DNA of 64,000 bases, taken from positions 35,105-99,104 of the forward strand of contig JBHLLG010000001.1 in the NCBI GenBank assembly GCA_048885925.1, given 5' to 3'. The translations under genes were made by a program, and so were the position numbers. Below, piece by piece: positions 62,399 through 64,000 of the stretch (its first letter is position 1; each line of letters begins with the position of its first letter). The DNA comes from Candidatus Hermodarchaeota archaeon. Its GTDB lineage: Archaea > Asgardarchaeota > Lokiarchaeia > Sigyniarchaeales > SOKP01. The notes under the pieces were generated by a model. It was not told the DNA's origin. It ran no database searches and saw only the letters and a list, made by a program, of their open reading frames with translations.

Positions 62399-62884
62399 TC
62401 AATTATTTTTATAAATAATATGCTTGCCTATCATTATGGTTCTCGCCCATTTTAGTGCACTAAAATATGATCCCTTAATTTTTATTTTTCGAGGAATAAT
62501 GTACTTTAATAATTTGATTAGTCCAAAAAGATTACTTTTAGAACGTATAATCTTACTAAATACTTTAAGAATTTTATCTTCTTTAACAGCTATAGTAACT
62601 TTAGAGACAGGATTCTTAGCTTTTTCAACATAACAATCAAAATTATTTCTATCTCTAGTTAAAATAAAAGTAAGATATTCATCCAATTCTTTAAAATAAA
62701 TTTCAATTTTCTGTCCTTCACACTTCCCAATTTTCTTAAAAGTGTCATCAGAGCCAAATAAATCAACTAACATTTTAGCTAATCTAGCTAATGTAAGAAC
62801 TTTTGTTTCTTTTATTAAATTACTTGCTCTTATCGTTCTATCCTCAGTTTCTATTTCTTCTGTTTGGCTAATAAGGAGCACCAA
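62399..62884 (-). CDS. SCP2-like (sterol carrier) domain protein
   Basis: KNPVSKVTI...LKYIIPRKIKIKGS resembles the SCP2 C-terminus; TTG start. Confidence 0.55.
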   Translation of the reverse strand: MVLLISQTEEIETEDRTIRASNLIKETKVLTLARLAKMLVDLFGSDDTFKKIGKCEGQKIEIYFKELDEYLTFILTRDRNNFDCYVEKAKNPVSKVTIAVKEDKILKVFSKIIRSKSNLFGLIKLLKYIIPRKIKIKGSYFSALKWARTIMIGKHIIYKNN

Positions 62885-63015
62885 TAATATAAATTTTCGA
62901 TAATTATAATTTGAAATTTCAAATTATTTAAAAATTCTTTTTAAACTTTAAAATATCTTAATATAATAAGGTAAAACATGATTTAATGAAAATAAAAAAT
63001 TTGAATTAAGAAAAT

Positions 63016-63993
63016 TCACTTATTCTTTTTTATTTCAAAATTCACATCTTCGAATTTATTATGAATTGTACGATAAATTTTAAACTTACCATCATCTACA
63101 GCATGTTTGACAATTTCATTAATCTCGTTTTCATTAATGAAACTTTCTGAAATTAGTTTTTCAATTTTTGAGTAAATAAGTTCCTTGATCTTGTATGTAA
63201 ATCTACTTTTTTTTTTCTCATTAATCGCATCTGATAATTCAATATGTTCCTTATGATCCCATATATTTTGGATAAGTTCATCAACACCCTCTCCAGAAAT
63301 GGCATCAGTCATAGAAACAGGTGGTCGCCATCCACTTTGGAAGATAGTATCATCAAGCATCATTTCAACTTGCACCGCAATATCTTCTCCACCCAGATCT
63401 TTCTTATTGATAATATAAATATCTCCGATTTCAATTAATCCAGCTTTTTGCATCTGTATAGCATCACCATAACCAGGTACTAATACAACAACAACAGTAT
63501 AAGCAAGATTATAAATATCGAATTCAGATTGTCCAACACCAACCGTCTCAATTATTATAATATCCATTCCATACGCTTCATACAATAAACTAATGTCAAA
63601 AACTGCTCTTGAAATTCCTCCTTTATATCCCCTTGAAGCAAGACTTCGCATAAATACATTGGGATGTAATGAGATGTTTGTCATGCGAACTCTATCGCCA
63701 AGAAAGGCACCACCACTAAAAGGTGATGTTGGATCAATACATATAATACCTAAACTTTTTCCATCATCTAACAACTTTTTACAAATTGCTCCAGTTAGAG
63801 TACTTTTTCCAACTCCAGGAGAACCCGTAATTCCAATAATATAGGAATCGTGTTTTATATCTTCAAAATGCTTAAAAATCTCATGAGCTTTTTCTGGTTC
63901 ATTTTCTATTATTGTAATTAATTTAGCTAAGGCAATTTTATCCTTCTTTTTAAAATTGGTAATTAGTGTATTTATGTCATATCCAGTTTTCAA
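63016..63993 (-). CDS. meaB: MeaB/ArgK methylmalonyl-CoA mutase-associated GTPase
   Basis: GITGSPGVGKST, DPTSPFSGGAFLGDRVRM, ETVGVGQSE, GDAIQMQKAG. Confidence 0.93.
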   Translation of the reverse strand: MKTGYDINTLITNFKKKDKIALAKLITIIENEPEKAHEIFKHFEDIKHDSYIIGITGSPGVGKSTLTGAICKKLLDDGKSLGIICIDPTSPFSGGAFLGDRVRMTNISLHPNVFMRSLASRGYKGGISRAVFDISLLYEAYGMDIIIIETVGVGQSEFDIYNLAYTVVVVLVPGYGDAIQMQKAGLIEIGDIYIINKKDLGGEDIAVQVEMMLDDTIFQSGWRPPVSMTDAISGEGVDELIQNIWDHKEHIELSDAINEKKKSRFTYKIKELIYSKIEKLISESFINENEINEIVKHAVDDGKFKIYRTIHNKFEDVNFEIKKNK

Positions 63994-64000
63994 ATAAAAG

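Noticed and set aside
2397-63844. Many short ORFs in the track overlapping longer genes (e.g. 2397..2642, 6503..6766, 13544..13771, 25624..25896, 26269..26451, 42278..42628, 55007..55360, 55704..56072, 57824..58306, 63593..63844)
   Set aside because: They are antisense or off-frame shadows of well-supported genes and carry no recognisable motifs

Overview
This is an AT-rich, gene-dense archaeal chromosomal segment. Gene content points to an Asgard archaeon, most likely Lokiarchaeia: a single-domain gelsolin, an IFT52/GIFT-like protein, a histone plus Alba, a Sec11 signal peptidase, a thiolase/DUF35 pair and many acyl-CoA enzymes. Main blocks: tRNA modification, repair and housekeeping genes (1-16 kb); a uvrD-herA-nurA-mre11-rad50 DNA end-processing cluster followed by a face-to-face-type histone and alba (17.4-27.2 kb); lipid/CoA and cofactor genes (27.7-38 kb); a candidate D-amino-acid/peptide biosynthesis cluster (MurL-like epimerase, Ddl-like ATP-grasp, GNAT, PLP enzyme, MFS; 38.1-43.4 kb); a 1.2 kb ORF-poor gap; a CoA-transferase pair followed by an AbrB-like domain fused to a degenerate acyl-CoA ligase; a membrane-tethered double-wHTH regulator module whose two promoters share a ~30 bp sequence (48.3-51.5 kb); and a 2-hydroxyacid/acyl-CoA redox cluster (52.3-64 kb). 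I saw no tRNA, rRNA, CRISPR array or transposase. All calls come from motif recognition by eye; no database searches were run.
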